DNA from: an uncultured Gammaproteobacteria bacterium
GTDB lineage: Bacteria > Patescibacteriota > Patescibacteriia > Magasanikbacterales > JBBTQS01
Assembly: GCA_964627525.1 (NCBI GenBank)
Contig: CAZVIA010000004.1
Span: 1,565-65,564, forward strand
Direction of reading: 5' to 3'
Length of the DNA stretch: 64,000 nucleotides
The position numbers and the translations under genes are program-made. Within the stretch, counting starts at the first letter, position 1. Each line of letters opens with the position of its first letter. A model generated the notes under the pieces. It made no database searches. It was given only the letters and a program-made list of their open reading frames with translations, and was not told the origin of the DNA. This document shows, piece after piece, positions 39,015 to 48,233 of the stretch.

Positions 39015-40151
39015 CTACCTAATAGACTTATACCCCTTTAAAATACCTTTTTTAGAATAAACCACTTGCCACAACTGATTTTTGCGAGCACGAAATGATC
39101 CAGCGCATGCTAACAAATAATATGTCCACATTCTGAAAAACCTATCACTATAATTTTCTTTTATTTCATCCCAACCTCCCACAAAATTTTCATACCAAGT
39201 CATTAAAGTTTTATCATAATTCACACCAAATCCATGCCAATCTTCCATTACAAACAAACCTTCTGCAGCTTCACAAACTTGTTTCATAGAAGGCAACATT
39301 GAGTTTGGAAAAATATATTTTCCAATCCAAGGGTCTGTATATTTTACAGATTTATTTCCACCAATAGTGTGTAACAAAAACAAACCACCATCTTTTAAAA
39401 CTTTTTCCACAACTTCCATGTAAGTTTTATAATTTTGCTCACCAACATGCTCAAACATTCCCAAAGAAACCACATGATCAAATTTTTCATTTACATCACG
39501 ATAATCTTGCAAACGAATTTCAACTGGCAAACCTTTACATCTTTTTTTACCTAATTCAGCTTGCTCTTTTGAAATTGTTATACCAACAACATGCGCACCA
39601 TATTTTTCTGCGGCAAATTTTGCAAAGCTTCCCCAACCACACCCAATGTCCAAAACTTTTTGTCCGGGTTGCAAATTAATTTTTTTACAAACCAAATCTA
39701 ACTTTGCTTCTTGTGCCTGATCAAGATTTTTTACACTTGTATCACCAACACCATCCCAATAACCACAAGTGTACACCATTCTTTTGTCCAACATTTTTTC
39801 ATACAAATCATTTCCAATGTCATAATGCACTTCACCAACCTCACTGGATTTTGATTTTGTCTGTGGATTAAAAAATTTTGCTCCTATATATAAAAGCGCG
39901 ACTTGAAATTTATTTTTGACTTTTTTATCTAATTCAGCTTTTAAAATCTTATTAAAAAACTCATCCACTTGTTCACAATCCCACCAACCATCCATATAAG
40001 ATTCACCCAAAGCCAAAGATCCACCACTTAAAACACGCTTATACAAATCTTCATTATGTACTTTTATATCCCAAGGTTGATTACCATTGATTTTTATACC
40101 AGCTAAGTCCAAAACACCTTGAACTGCTTTTTTATATTTATTTTGTTCCAT
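39015..40151 (-). CDS. cfa: Cyclopropane-fatty-acyl-phospholipid synthase family methyltransferase
   Basis: It has VLDIGCGWGSFAKFAAEKYGAHVVGITIS and the C-terminal CFA region. Confidence 0.8.
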   Translation of the reverse strand: MEQNKYKKAVQGVLDLAGIKINGNQPWDIKVHNEDLYKRVLSGGSLALGESYMDGWWDCEQVDEFFNKILKAELDKKVKNKFQVALLYIGAKFFNPQTKSKSSEVGEVHYDIGNDLYEKMLDKRMVYTCGYWDGVGDTSVKNLDQAQEAKLDLVCKKINLQPGQKVLDIGCGWGSFAKFAAEKYGAHVVGITISKEQAELGKKRCKGLPVEIRLQDYRDVNEKFDHVVSLGMFEHVGEQNYKTYMEVVEKVLKDGGLFLLHTIGGNKSVKYTDPWIGKYIFPNSMLPSMKQVCEAAEGLFVMEDWHGFGVNYDKTLMTWYENFVGGWDEIKENYSDRFFRMWTYYLLACAGSFRARKNQLWQVVYSKKGILKGYKSIR

Positions 40152-40205
40152 AAACTTTATTATTTAATATTTTTAGCACTTTTAGCGCCAAAACACCAAA
40201 CCTAC

Positions 40206-40478
40206 TTAAACCTTATCAATTCCTCCCTTATTCCATGGATTACATCGCAAAATTCGCCACACAATCAAGACCACACCTTTTAAAACCCCATGTTTTTTTA
40301 CTGCTTGCTTACCATATTCAGAACATGTTGGATAAAACTTACAATAACCATGTGGAAATGCTTTTTTGTAAAAACCATGATCTGGGGATAAAGTTTTTTG
40401 GTAAATCTTAATAAAAAACACCAAAATATTGCGCGGTAACTCAATTATTTTATTAATTATCCACATACTTATGCACAA
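40206..40478 (-). CDS. yidD: Membrane protein insertion efficiency factor YidD
   Basis: It has YQKTLSP...CKFYPTCSEYG...RILRCNPW...GG.D.V. Confidence 0.85.
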   Translation of the reverse strand: MCISMWIINKIIELPRNILVFFIKIYQKTLSPDHGFYKKAFPHGYCKFYPTCSEYGKQAVKKHGVLKGVVLIVWRILRCNPWNKGGIDKV

Positions 40479-40496
40479 CTGTGTATAACTTGTTAA

Positions 40497-40835
40497 TTAG
40501 CTAAAATTAGCAAACAAATCACTTAAATCTTGTTTTATCCCATTATAATCCACATCCAAAATCTGCTTTTGCACAAAAATTACATAATCATTTGATGTTT
40601 TTAATACACCATCCTTAACAAATTCACGCAAAACTTCCCTAATTTGACGTTTTTTTCTATTACGCTGAACAGCACTTTTATGCACTTTTTTACTAATTAC
40701 AATAGCAAACCTAGGTTCTTCAATCTCATTTTTCATGTATTTTAAGCCAAAAAACTTGCCTGACCTAGATTTACCAAGTTTCATGACTTGCTCAATTTCT
40801 TTAGTTTTTCGCAGTCTATTCTTAAATTTAAACAT
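40497..40835 (-). CDS. rnpA: Ribonuclease P protein component
   Basis: It is basic, about 112 aa, and has a FGLKYMKN...RNRKKRQIRE pattern. It lies between rpmH and yidD. Confidence 0.75.
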   Translation of the reverse strand: MFKFKNRLRKTKEIEQVMKLGKSRSGKFFGLKYMKNEIEEPRFAIVISKKVHKSAVQRNRKKRQIREVLREFVKDGVLKTSNDYVIFVQKQILDVDYNGIKQDLSDLFANFS

Positions 40836-40947
40836 ATTTTACTATTATTTAAACTCTCACCCTTATTCACTTATTATAAGTATAACAAAACCCGGACAAA
40901 ACCGGGAACTGATAATCGTTATTTTAACAACTTAAAAACCCAACAAC

Positions 40948-41085
40948 TTAAGCTGCTAATTTTTTTCGAGCTTTTGTACGACGTCTTTTTAACACTCTTT
41001 TTCCTGCTTTTGAATCCATTCTTGCACGAAAACCATGTGTTTTAGCTCTTTTTCTATTCTTTGGCTGGTAAGTTCTTTTAGGCAT
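40948..41085 (-). CDS. rpmH: 50S ribosomal protein L34
   Basis: The 45-aa [48 protein letters not shown] is under 60 aa and absent from the track. L34 is unmistakable. Confidence 0.85.
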   Translation of the reverse strand: MPKRTYQPKNRKRAKTHGFRARMDSKAGKRVLKRRRTKARKKLAA

Positions 41086-41178
41086 ATCAATAAAACAGAA
41101 AAAATATACCACACCTAGATTTTAATTACAAGCGCAATTTTACAAAAACAATCCACACTCCTTCCCCACCTTACCCAC

Positions 41179-41187
41179 TTTATCCAC
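41179..41187 (+). promoter_or_regulatory. Consensus DnaA box (TTATCCACA) in the dnaA promoter region
   Basis: The 9-mer is a perfect match about 60 nt upstream of the dnaA start. Confidence 0.5.
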
Positions 41188-41243
41188 AACCCAATCAATG
41201 TTAGAATAGCCATACTAGATATATCACTACAAATACACTGATT

Positions 41244-42677
41244 ATGACTAAAGAACAAATCTGGCAATTAGTTTTAGCTGAAATAGAGCTCGGAATAAGT
41301 AAACCAAACTTTACAACATGGTTTCGTCAAACAGGGGTTAGTTTGTTTGAAGATGGAAATGTTGTGATTTGTGTACCAAATACCTTTACAAAGTCATGGT
41401 TGGAGAAAAAATATCACAGTTCTATACTAAGTTCACTTGAAAGAGTTAGTGGAACTCCGATTCAGAAAATTTTATATAAAGTAGAAGTAATTAAAAAACA
41501 ACCAATTATTGAGCAACCTGTTATTGATTTAAATAATACTTCAATAAATCCTTCTACAAACACAACAACCTCTGATGCTGACAAAAACACTGAAAAACAA
41601 CAAGAACACAGCATAATTCAACCACGAATCATGCCAAACAGAGACACAATGAACTCTGGCATGAATTCAAAATATGTTTTTGAAACATTTATTGTTGGAA
41701 AAAACAATGAATTAGCACATGCAGCAGCTCAAGCAGTTTCAACACGTCCAGGTGAAGCATATAACCCTTTATTTATTTATGGTGGTGTTGGTCTTGGAAA
41801 AACACACTTACTACAAGCAATTGGAAACAAATTACTACAAGAAGATCGCATAAATAAGGCAATTTATGTGACTTGTGAAAAATTTACAAATGATTTTCTT
41901 AATTCTGTTAGAACTGGTAATGCAAAAGAATTTAAAAACAGATATAGAAATGTGGATTTACTAATTATTGATGATATTCAGTTTATTGCTGGAAAAGAAC
42001 GTACCCAAGAAGAGTTTTTCCATACTTTTAATGAATTACACCAATCTACAAAGCAAATTGTACTTTCTTCAGACCGTCCACCAAAAGCAATTGAGTTAGA
42101 AGAGCGTTTAAAATCAAGGTTTGAGTGGGGAATGATTGCAGATGTTGCTAAACCAGATTTAGAAACAAGAGTAGCTATTTTAGAATCTAAGTGTAATGCA
42201 AAAGGTTTTAAATTAGACAGAAACTTATTACATTTAATTGCAGATGTGGTTCAAAACAACATTAGAGAGCTAGAAGGTGCTTTAAATAAAGTAGTTGCAT
42301 ATCATGAACTTAAGAAAATTGCACCTAGTACTGAAACACTTAGTGAGATTTTGTCTAATGTTCAATCATCTAAGAAATTACAACCTTGCACACCAAGCGA
42401 AATAATAGATATTGTTGCAGAATTTTATGGAATTCAAATTAAAGAAGTTTTAGGACCTAGTAGAGAAAAAAGATTAGCATTTCCAAGACAAATTTCTATG
42501 TTTTTGTTGAGAGAATATTTAAGTTTATCTTATCCAGCAATTGGAACTGCTTTAGGTGGACGTGATCACACAACAGCAATCCATGCTCACACAAAAATTT
42601 CAACACAAATTCAAGAAAATCAAAGACTAAAACAAGAGATTGAAGCTTTAAAAACAAAAATTGCTTCACAAGAATAA
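41244..42677 (+). CDS. dnaA: Chromosomal replication initiator DnaA
   Basis: It has the AAA+ Walker A GGVGLGKTHLLQAIGN and a C-terminal DNA-binding domain. Confidence 0.95.
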   Translation: MTKEQIWQLVLAEIELGISKPNFTTWFRQTGVSLFEDGNVVICVPNTFTKSWLEKKYHSSILSSLERVSGTPIQKILYKVEVIKKQPIIEQPVIDLNNTSINPSTNTTTSDADKNTEKQQEHSIIQPRIMPNRDTMNSGMNSKYVFETFIVGKNNELAHAAAQAVSTRPGEAYNPLFIYGGVGLGKTHLLQAIGNKLLQEDRINKAIYVTCEKFTNDFLNSVRTGNAKEFKNRYRNVDLLIIDDIQFIAGKERTQEEFFHTFNELHQSTKQIVLSSDRPPKAIELEERLKSRFEWGMIADVAKPDLETRVAILESKCNAKGFKLDRNLLHLIADVVQNNIRELEGALNKVVAYHELKKIAPSTETLSEILSNVQSSKKLQPCTPSEIIDIVAEFYGIQIKEVLGPSREKRLAFPRQISMFLLREYLSLSYPAIGTALGGRDHTTAIHAHTKISTQIQENQRLKQEIEALKTKIASQE

Positions 42678-42938
42678 TATTACAAAGTGGTAAAATAAGG
42701 GAAATCATCAGTGTATAAACTGTTAATTACATAGTTATAAATTGTGAATGGTGTACCACATATCAACACCCTAGTGGGTATAACACAAAATTCATCCACA
42801 CAACCTCACAGTTTATTAAAAAATTTTGCACAGAGATTTTTAACTAAAATTAAAAGAGAATTAGGGTTTTCCCCATAATCCACAGGTACTACTATTACTA
42901 CTACTAAATAAATACAAATAATAATATTTTATATAGTT
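42678..42938. promoter_or_regulatory. Candidate oriC between dnaA and dnaN (imperfect DnaA boxes plus an AT-rich unwinding stretch)
   Basis: A TCATCCACA box lies at about 42792 and a TAATCCACA box at about 42876. More than 80% A/T stretches run 42800-42860 and 42900-42935. The position is canonical. Confidence 0.4.
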
Positions 42939-44057
42939 ATGTTGTTCACAAGTACAAAAGAAAATTTAATGCACGCTCTACAAAACGTAAGTGGAGCAGC
43001 AGGTAAGAATATTAATTTACCTATACTTAACAATGTTTTGATAAATGTTGAGGATAGTGTTGTAACATTAACTACAACTAATTTGGAGATGGCAATTAAA
43101 AATGATTTAAGAGCTAAGATTGAGGATAAAGGATCTTTTACGGTTCCAGCAAAAACTTTAACTGAATATGTTCAACTGGTTTCTGGTGATCAAGTTGTTG
43201 TTAAGTTGGATGAAAATGAATTGATTGTAACTTCAGGTAGAAGTAAAACAAAAATTAAAGGTGCGATAGCAGATGAATTTCCAATTGTTCCTAATACAGA
43301 ATCTCAAACAAAATATTTAGTTAAATTGGTGGATTTAAAAGAAACTTTAGGAAGGGTTTTGTTTGCTTGTTCTAAGAGTGAAGTGCGACCTGAATTGTCT
43401 GGAGTGTTTTTTCAGTTTAATAAGGTTGAGGGGAATTTGGTTTTAGCTGCTACAGATAGTTATCGTTTGGCTGAAGCAACAACAATGCTTTCAAACAAAG
43501 ATAATATAGAGCAATTAAATTGTATTATTCCTCATAGAACTTTGTTTGAATTAGCTAGGGTTATGAGTTCTCAAGTTGAAGTTGAAAATGTTGAAATTAT
43601 TATTGATGAAGTGCAAGTTGTGTTTGTGATTGGTGGTGTGACTATTACTTCAAGAAAAATTGAAGGAAATTATCCTGATTACACTCAAATTATTCCAAAA
43701 GAAGAAAAAACTAAAGCAATGTTTTTAACAGATGCTCTAATTAAAGAAGTTAAGGCAGCGAGTTTGTTTGCAAGTCAGGGAATAAATGCTGTTGCTCTTG
43801 ATTGTAATTCTGAAGAAGGTAATATTGGTATTTCATCTACAAGTACACAATTAGGTGAGCATGCCTCTGCATTGACTTCAGAGGTTGTAGGAGAGGAAGG
43901 AAGTACATTATTGAACTTTAGGTATGTTTTGGATGGTTTAGGTGTGTTACAGAGCGATGAGGGGGAGATAAGGTTGAATGGTACAACTGCTCCAGTGGTT
44001 TTTGCACCAAAAGATAAAGATAATTTCTTATATATAGTGATGCCAATTAGGCAGTAG
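42939..44057 (+). CDS. dnaN: DNA polymerase III beta sliding clamp
   Basis: It has three-domain clamp length and conservation, and follows dnaA. Confidence 0.9.
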   Translation: MLFTSTKENLMHALQNVSGAAGKNINLPILNNVLINVEDSVVTLTTTNLEMAIKNDLRAKIEDKGSFTVPAKTLTEYVQLVSGDQVVVKLDENELIVTSGRSKTKIKGAIADEFPIVPNTESQTKYLVKLVDLKETLGRVLFACSKSEVRPELSGVFFQFNKVEGNLVLAATDSYRLAEATTMLSNKDNIEQLNCIIPHRTLFELARVMSSQVEVENVEIIIDEVQVVFVIGGVTITSRKIEGNYPDYTQIIPKEEKTKAMFLTDALIKEVKAASLFASQGINAVALDCNSEEGNIGISSTSTQLGEHASALTSEVVGEEGSTLLNFRYVLDGLGVLQSDEGEIRLNGTTAPVVFAPKDKDNFLYIVMPIRQ

Positions 44058-46937
44058 TTATTTTATTGTAACTGTAATTGATTCTGTTATTGTTTGTGAT
44101 TGTGTTTTGTCTGAAGTTATAAATGACAAAATATAATCCCCTTTTTCTGATTCACTCCATTTAAAATGTTTTTGTTCTTCAGGTTCGCTAGTTGTAAAAA
44201 TTGTTTTTTGTGTACCGTCTTTTGTTGAGATTGCTGTAATGTCATTTATTTTACTTGGTTGAAAAACATTAAAACCAATTGTTAAAGGAAAACTTGATGC
44301 ATAAAAACTCGCACCATTTTTAGGTGAAGACCATGTAATTTCTGATGGAGGTGGTGGTGCATCTAAAGTAAAATTAATTTCATTACTATACCCAACATTT
44401 CCTTTGTCATCATAGGCGCGTGCTGTAAGTTTGTGTTTTTTGTTTTCTAATTCTCGTGCATAATAAGTTAATTCAAAAGGATATGAATTTGTTGTGTAAA
44501 CTTGTTCATCATCAATAAAATATTTTACTTTCGCAATTCCGCGTGGAGCTGAAGCTTGGATTTTTGCAATTATGTTTCTTGAATCAAAAACCGCATTGTT
44601 TGATGGAAATGTAAAATTAATTTTTGGGGCAAGTTTTTCATCGTGAACATCATCTTTTTCAGTTGGTGGAAGATCTAACACAACTTTTTCACCTGATTCA
44701 ACTAATTTGTCAATCCATGTTTGAACTGCATTTTCCCATTCATTATATTGAGCGTCATCTTCAGGGTTTTTTGGTTCAGATCCATTTGGATTATCTTTTT
44801 TCACATAATGCAAAATTGAATGTGGTTGCAAATAAGTTCTTTCTTCAATAAATTCTTCTGGTGTTGAAGATGTGGCAAGTTTGCCAGAAATTTTATCAAC
44901 TAGTAAGGTGATTTTTCCTGAATCTGTTCCGCGAAGAACTGGTTTTTTAGATTTGTTTTCAGGTGCTTCTGGAAAACTTTCTACAGGTTTGCCAGCTAAT
45001 GCTTTTTGCATAAAACCATTCCAAATTGGAGCAGCAGCAATAGAACCACCAGCACCATTCATTGGTGTGTTGTCATTATTTCCAGCCCAAACACCTGCAG
45101 CTAATTGTGGTGTATATCCTAAAGTCCAACCATCTCTATAATCATTTGTTGTTCCTGTTTTTGCAGCTACTTGTCTACCAGGTAAAGTTAGGTTTGAACC
45201 AGATCCAAACATGTATGAGCGTGCATTATCATCAGATAAAATATTGCTAATTGTATAGGTGTGTTCTTTATCTATTGCACGGTGTTTTTTCTCATCCCAT
45301 TCAAATAATTCTTCACCGTCTTTGTCTTCAACAGACAAAATAAATGTTGGCTCATGATAAACACCTTCGTTTGCAAGTGTTGCATAAGCATTTGTGTGCT
45401 CTAATAATTTTACTTCTGCTCCACCTAAAACCATAGACAAACCAAAACGATCTCTGTCTTGTAAAGTTGTATAACCAAACCTTCCAGCAAAACTTACCAT
45501 GTCATCAACACCAACTAAGTACAACATTTTTACAGCTGGAATATTTAATGAACCTTGCAAAGCTTTGCGAACTGTAATTGGACCACGTTCTTTTTGGTCG
45601 TAGTTGTGAGGAGTGTATGAATCTTCTGTTCTTGAATCAAAATTTGTCACAACATCATAAAGTATTGTGTCTGGTGTATATTCTTTTTCAAAACCAGCTG
45701 TGTAAACAAATGGTTTAAAAGATGAGCCAGGTTGTCGTGATCTCATTGCTACATTAACTTGGCCGTCTGTTTCTTCATCAAAAAAATCTTTTGAACCAAT
45801 CATTACTAACACCTGACCATTTGAAGGATCAATTGCTGTTAAGGCTGCATTGCCAATATTGTATAAGTCTGAAGCTTTGTCTAAGAAAGTTGTGATTGAT
45901 TTTTCTGCTGCTGTGTGAAGATCAAAATCAAGTGTGGTCATAACTTTTAGTCCACCGGTTTCAACAACTTTTTCACCAAATTGTTCTGTAAGTAATTCTT
46001 TAACATGTAAAACAAAATGAGGGGCATCTATTCCAGTTAGTCTTTCTTTTAATTCTAAAGGCTCTGCTTGTGCTTTGGTTTTTTGATCTGCTGTAATATA
46101 ACCTTCGCTATACATTCTTGAAATAACAAAGTCACGGCGCTCTTGCATCTCATCTATGTTATTTAAATAAAATGTTGGAGCTTGTACCATTCCAGCTAAA
46201 GTTGCTGCTTCAGGTAGGTTTATGTCATGACTAGATTTTCCAAAGTAAGCTTGGCTTGCTGATTCAATTCCATAGTTTGTTGAGCCGTATGGAATTTCGT
46301 TAAAATATAATTTTAGGATTTCTTGTTTTGTGTATTTGCGCTCAAGTTGTAATGAAAGGATTGCTTCTTTAATTTTTCTGTTAATGGATTTTTCTGTTCC
46401 TACGATTGCGTTTTTAACAAGTTGTTGTGTAAGTGTTGAAGCACCACCTCTGCCAGAATCTAAATGTAAAAAGTTTGAAATTGCAGCGCGGATGATTGAA
46501 GTAAATCGCACACCTTTGTGTTCATAAAATTTTGAGTCCTCTACTGCGATCGCTGCGTTAACTGCGTAAGATGGAATGTCCTCTAATTCAACAATTGTTC
46601 TTTTCTTTTCTGAAAAAATTTCATACAACAAGTGTTCGCCAGTTTTGTCGTAAATTTTTGTGCTTTCAGCAACTTGTCTGTTTCCTAATTTGTTTGGATC
46701 TGGAAGGTCGCGACTAATCCATGCTGCATAAATTGTAATAAAAGAAAAAAGTAAAATGCAAAAAATTACTCCATAAGAAATTAGTTTTTTCCATGTAAAT
46801 TTTTTGCGCACTAAGCGTTTTATTTTTTTGTGTGCAAATTGTGCGTGTTGTGCGGTTGTGCGAGTTTTACTTGATCTACTTGTGCGAGAAACACGATTTT
46901 TTCTGTGGCCAGTGCCACGATGTCTTGATGTTGGCAT
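44058..46937 (-). CDS. Class A penicillin-binding protein (PBP1A-type transglycosylase/transpeptidase) with a long C-terminal beta-rich extension
   Basis: It has a transmembrane anchor, the GT51 motif EDSKFYEHKGV, a transpeptidase SxxK region and an extra tail of about 250 aa. Confidence 0.85.
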   Translation of the reverse strand: MPTSRHRGTGHRKNRVSRTSRSSKTRTTAQHAQFAHKKIKRLVRKKFTWKKLISYGVIFCILLFSFITIYAAWISRDLPDPNKLGNRQVAESTKIYDKTGEHLLYEIFSEKKRTIVELEDIPSYAVNAAIAVEDSKFYEHKGVRFTSIIRAAISNFLHLDSGRGGASTLTQQLVKNAIVGTEKSINRKIKEAILSLQLERKYTKQEILKLYFNEIPYGSTNYGIESASQAYFGKSSHDINLPEAATLAGMVQAPTFYLNNIDEMQERRDFVISRMYSEGYITADQKTKAQAEPLELKERLTGIDAPHFVLHVKELLTEQFGEKVVETGGLKVMTTLDFDLHTAAEKSITTFLDKASDLYNIGNAALTAIDPSNGQVLVMIGSKDFFDEETDGQVNVAMRSRQPGSSFKPFVYTAGFEKEYTPDTILYDVVTNFDSRTEDSYTPHNYDQKERGPITVRKALQGSLNIPAVKMLYLVGVDDMVSFAGRFGYTTLQDRDRFGLSMVLGGAEVKLLEHTNAYATLANEGVYHEPTFILSVEDKDGEELFEWDEKKHRAIDKEHTYTISNILSDDNARSYMFGSGSNLTLPGRQVAAKTGTTNDYRDGWTLGYTPQLAAGVWAGNNDNTPMNGAGGSIAAAPIWNGFMQKALAGKPVESFPEAPENKSKKPVLRGTDSGKITLLVDKISGKLATSSTPEEFIEERTYLQPHSILHYVKKDNPNGSEPKNPEDDAQYNEWENAVQTWIDKLVESGEKVVLDLPPTEKDDVHDEKLAPKINFTFPSNNAVFDSRNIIAKIQASAPRGIAKVKYFIDDEQVYTTNSYPFELTYYARELENKKHKLTARAYDDKGNVGYSNEINFTLDAPPPPSEITWSSPKNGASFYASSFPLTIGFNVFQPSKINDITAISTKDGTQKTIFTTSEPEEQKHFKWSESEKGDYILSFITSDKTQSQTITESITVTIK

Positions 46938-47025
46938 AGATTATTGTAACTTTGTTTGGTGTTTGACAACAGGTTATGTAGTGTTGACAGATTTACCTAA
47001 ATATGGTAATATATAGCAAGTTTAA

Positions 47026-47538
47026 ATGCAATATATGAAGCACCAGATGGAAATAATTGAACATATTTTGATGCGCAGTTTTTGTGTAACTTTAGCCATT
47101 TTAGTGGCTGGATTTTTCATTTTTTCACCTGCGATAGCTGATGCTCAAACAGTGTTTGGTGCTCACTTTACATCATACACTGAAAAACCAAATTTGGCAC
47201 GAGGCTTGCCTTTATCACAAGGTGTTAGAGATCGTATCAATAAAAAGTATAAAGTTGGAGCTACAGCTTATTCAAGTGCTCCAAATCAGACAGATGACTC
47301 TCCTTTTTTGAGTGCAAATCAAACTTATGTTTATGATGGAATGATTGCAGCAAATTTTTTGCCGTTTGGGACTCTTGTGAAAATCCCATCTATTTCTGAA
47401 ACTAAAATTTTTCGCGTGGATGATAGAATGAATTCACGTTATTACAAAAAAATTGACATTTGGATGCCAGATCGCGAAAGTGCAATCCAATTTGGATACA
47501 AAAATTTAGAGATTGAAATTGTTGGAAGACAATTATAA
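47026..47538 (+). CDS. 3D-domain (MltA-like / YuiC-type) cell-wall protein
   Basis: It has a signal/transmembrane segment and a C-terminal GATAYSS...DDSP...FGT...VDDRM...IDIW 3D-domain pattern. Confidence 0.6.
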   Translation: MQYMKHQMEIIEHILMRSFCVTLAILVAGFFIFSPAIADAQTVFGAHFTSYTEKPNLARGLPLSQGVRDRINKKYKVGATAYSSAPNQTDDSPFLSANQTYVYDGMIAANFLPFGTLVKIPSISETKIFRVDDRMNSRYYKKIDIWMPDRESAIQFGYKNLEIEIVGRQL

Positions 47539-47574
47539 ACAATTAATTGAAAAAATATTTAACCACATACCTCC

Positions 47575-47665
47575 TTCGGCACGCTCGACCGCCCCAGCGT
47601 GGCGGTCTTCGCTATGCGTTCGCTTTCGCTCGTCCGGCGGTAAAGCCGGACACCATGCTCGCTCC
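47575..47665. other. G+C-rich segment with two 7-bp GC-clamp hairpins (gaccgcc/ggcggtc and gtccggc/gccggac)
   Basis: The composition contrasts sharply with the AT-rich surroundings. It sits between the 3D-domain gene and tRNA-Cys, and the overlapping 81-aa ORF is probably spurious. Confidence 0.3.
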
Positions 47666-47798
47666 AGCTCTCGAATACCTCAGGTAGGTATATGGTTAAC
47701 AATATTTTACAAACAATTGTTTATAAAAATAGTGACGAGGAGTTGTACAAGCACATGAGCAAACAAACAGGAGTGAAAGCTATGTATTATTTTTTTGA

Positions 47799-47868
47799 GG
47801 CACCGGTGGGAATCGAACCCACGATAAAGGCTTTGCAGGCCCCTGCCTTACCACTTGGCTACGGTGCC
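47799..47868 (-). tRNA. tRNA-Cys (anticodon GCA)
   Basis: It has a manual cloverleaf: acceptor GGCACCG/CGGUGCC, D-loop AGUGGUAA, anticodon loop CUGCAAA and T-loop UUCGAUU. No CCA is encoded. Confidence 0.85.
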
Positions 47869-48233
47869 AATTTTTTTGTAATCCAGTAATCAAACAATAT
47901 CAAATCTAGGGGGAAAAGAAAAGAGTCTTGGGGTAGAATGTGCCTAATTCATGGCCATCTTATCTCCAAGACTCTGATGTTGGGTGCTGTGCTGACAAGT
48001 AGATGGTTGGTGGGAGCTTGTACGAGAATGCTTTTACCCACCATGCTACGTTGTGTAGCCCGTCTCACACCCCTTCTGACTTGCTTGCGGGCCAGTACCC
48101 GAAGTGTGGCGCTTCAAAATGGTTCTGGTGTGTACCAAAATTCACACAAATGCCAACACAGCATGTATTTTTATATCATTTTTGTTGAGATGTGTCAAGC
48201 GAATGTGGTATTCTGTCAATATAACAACCAAAT

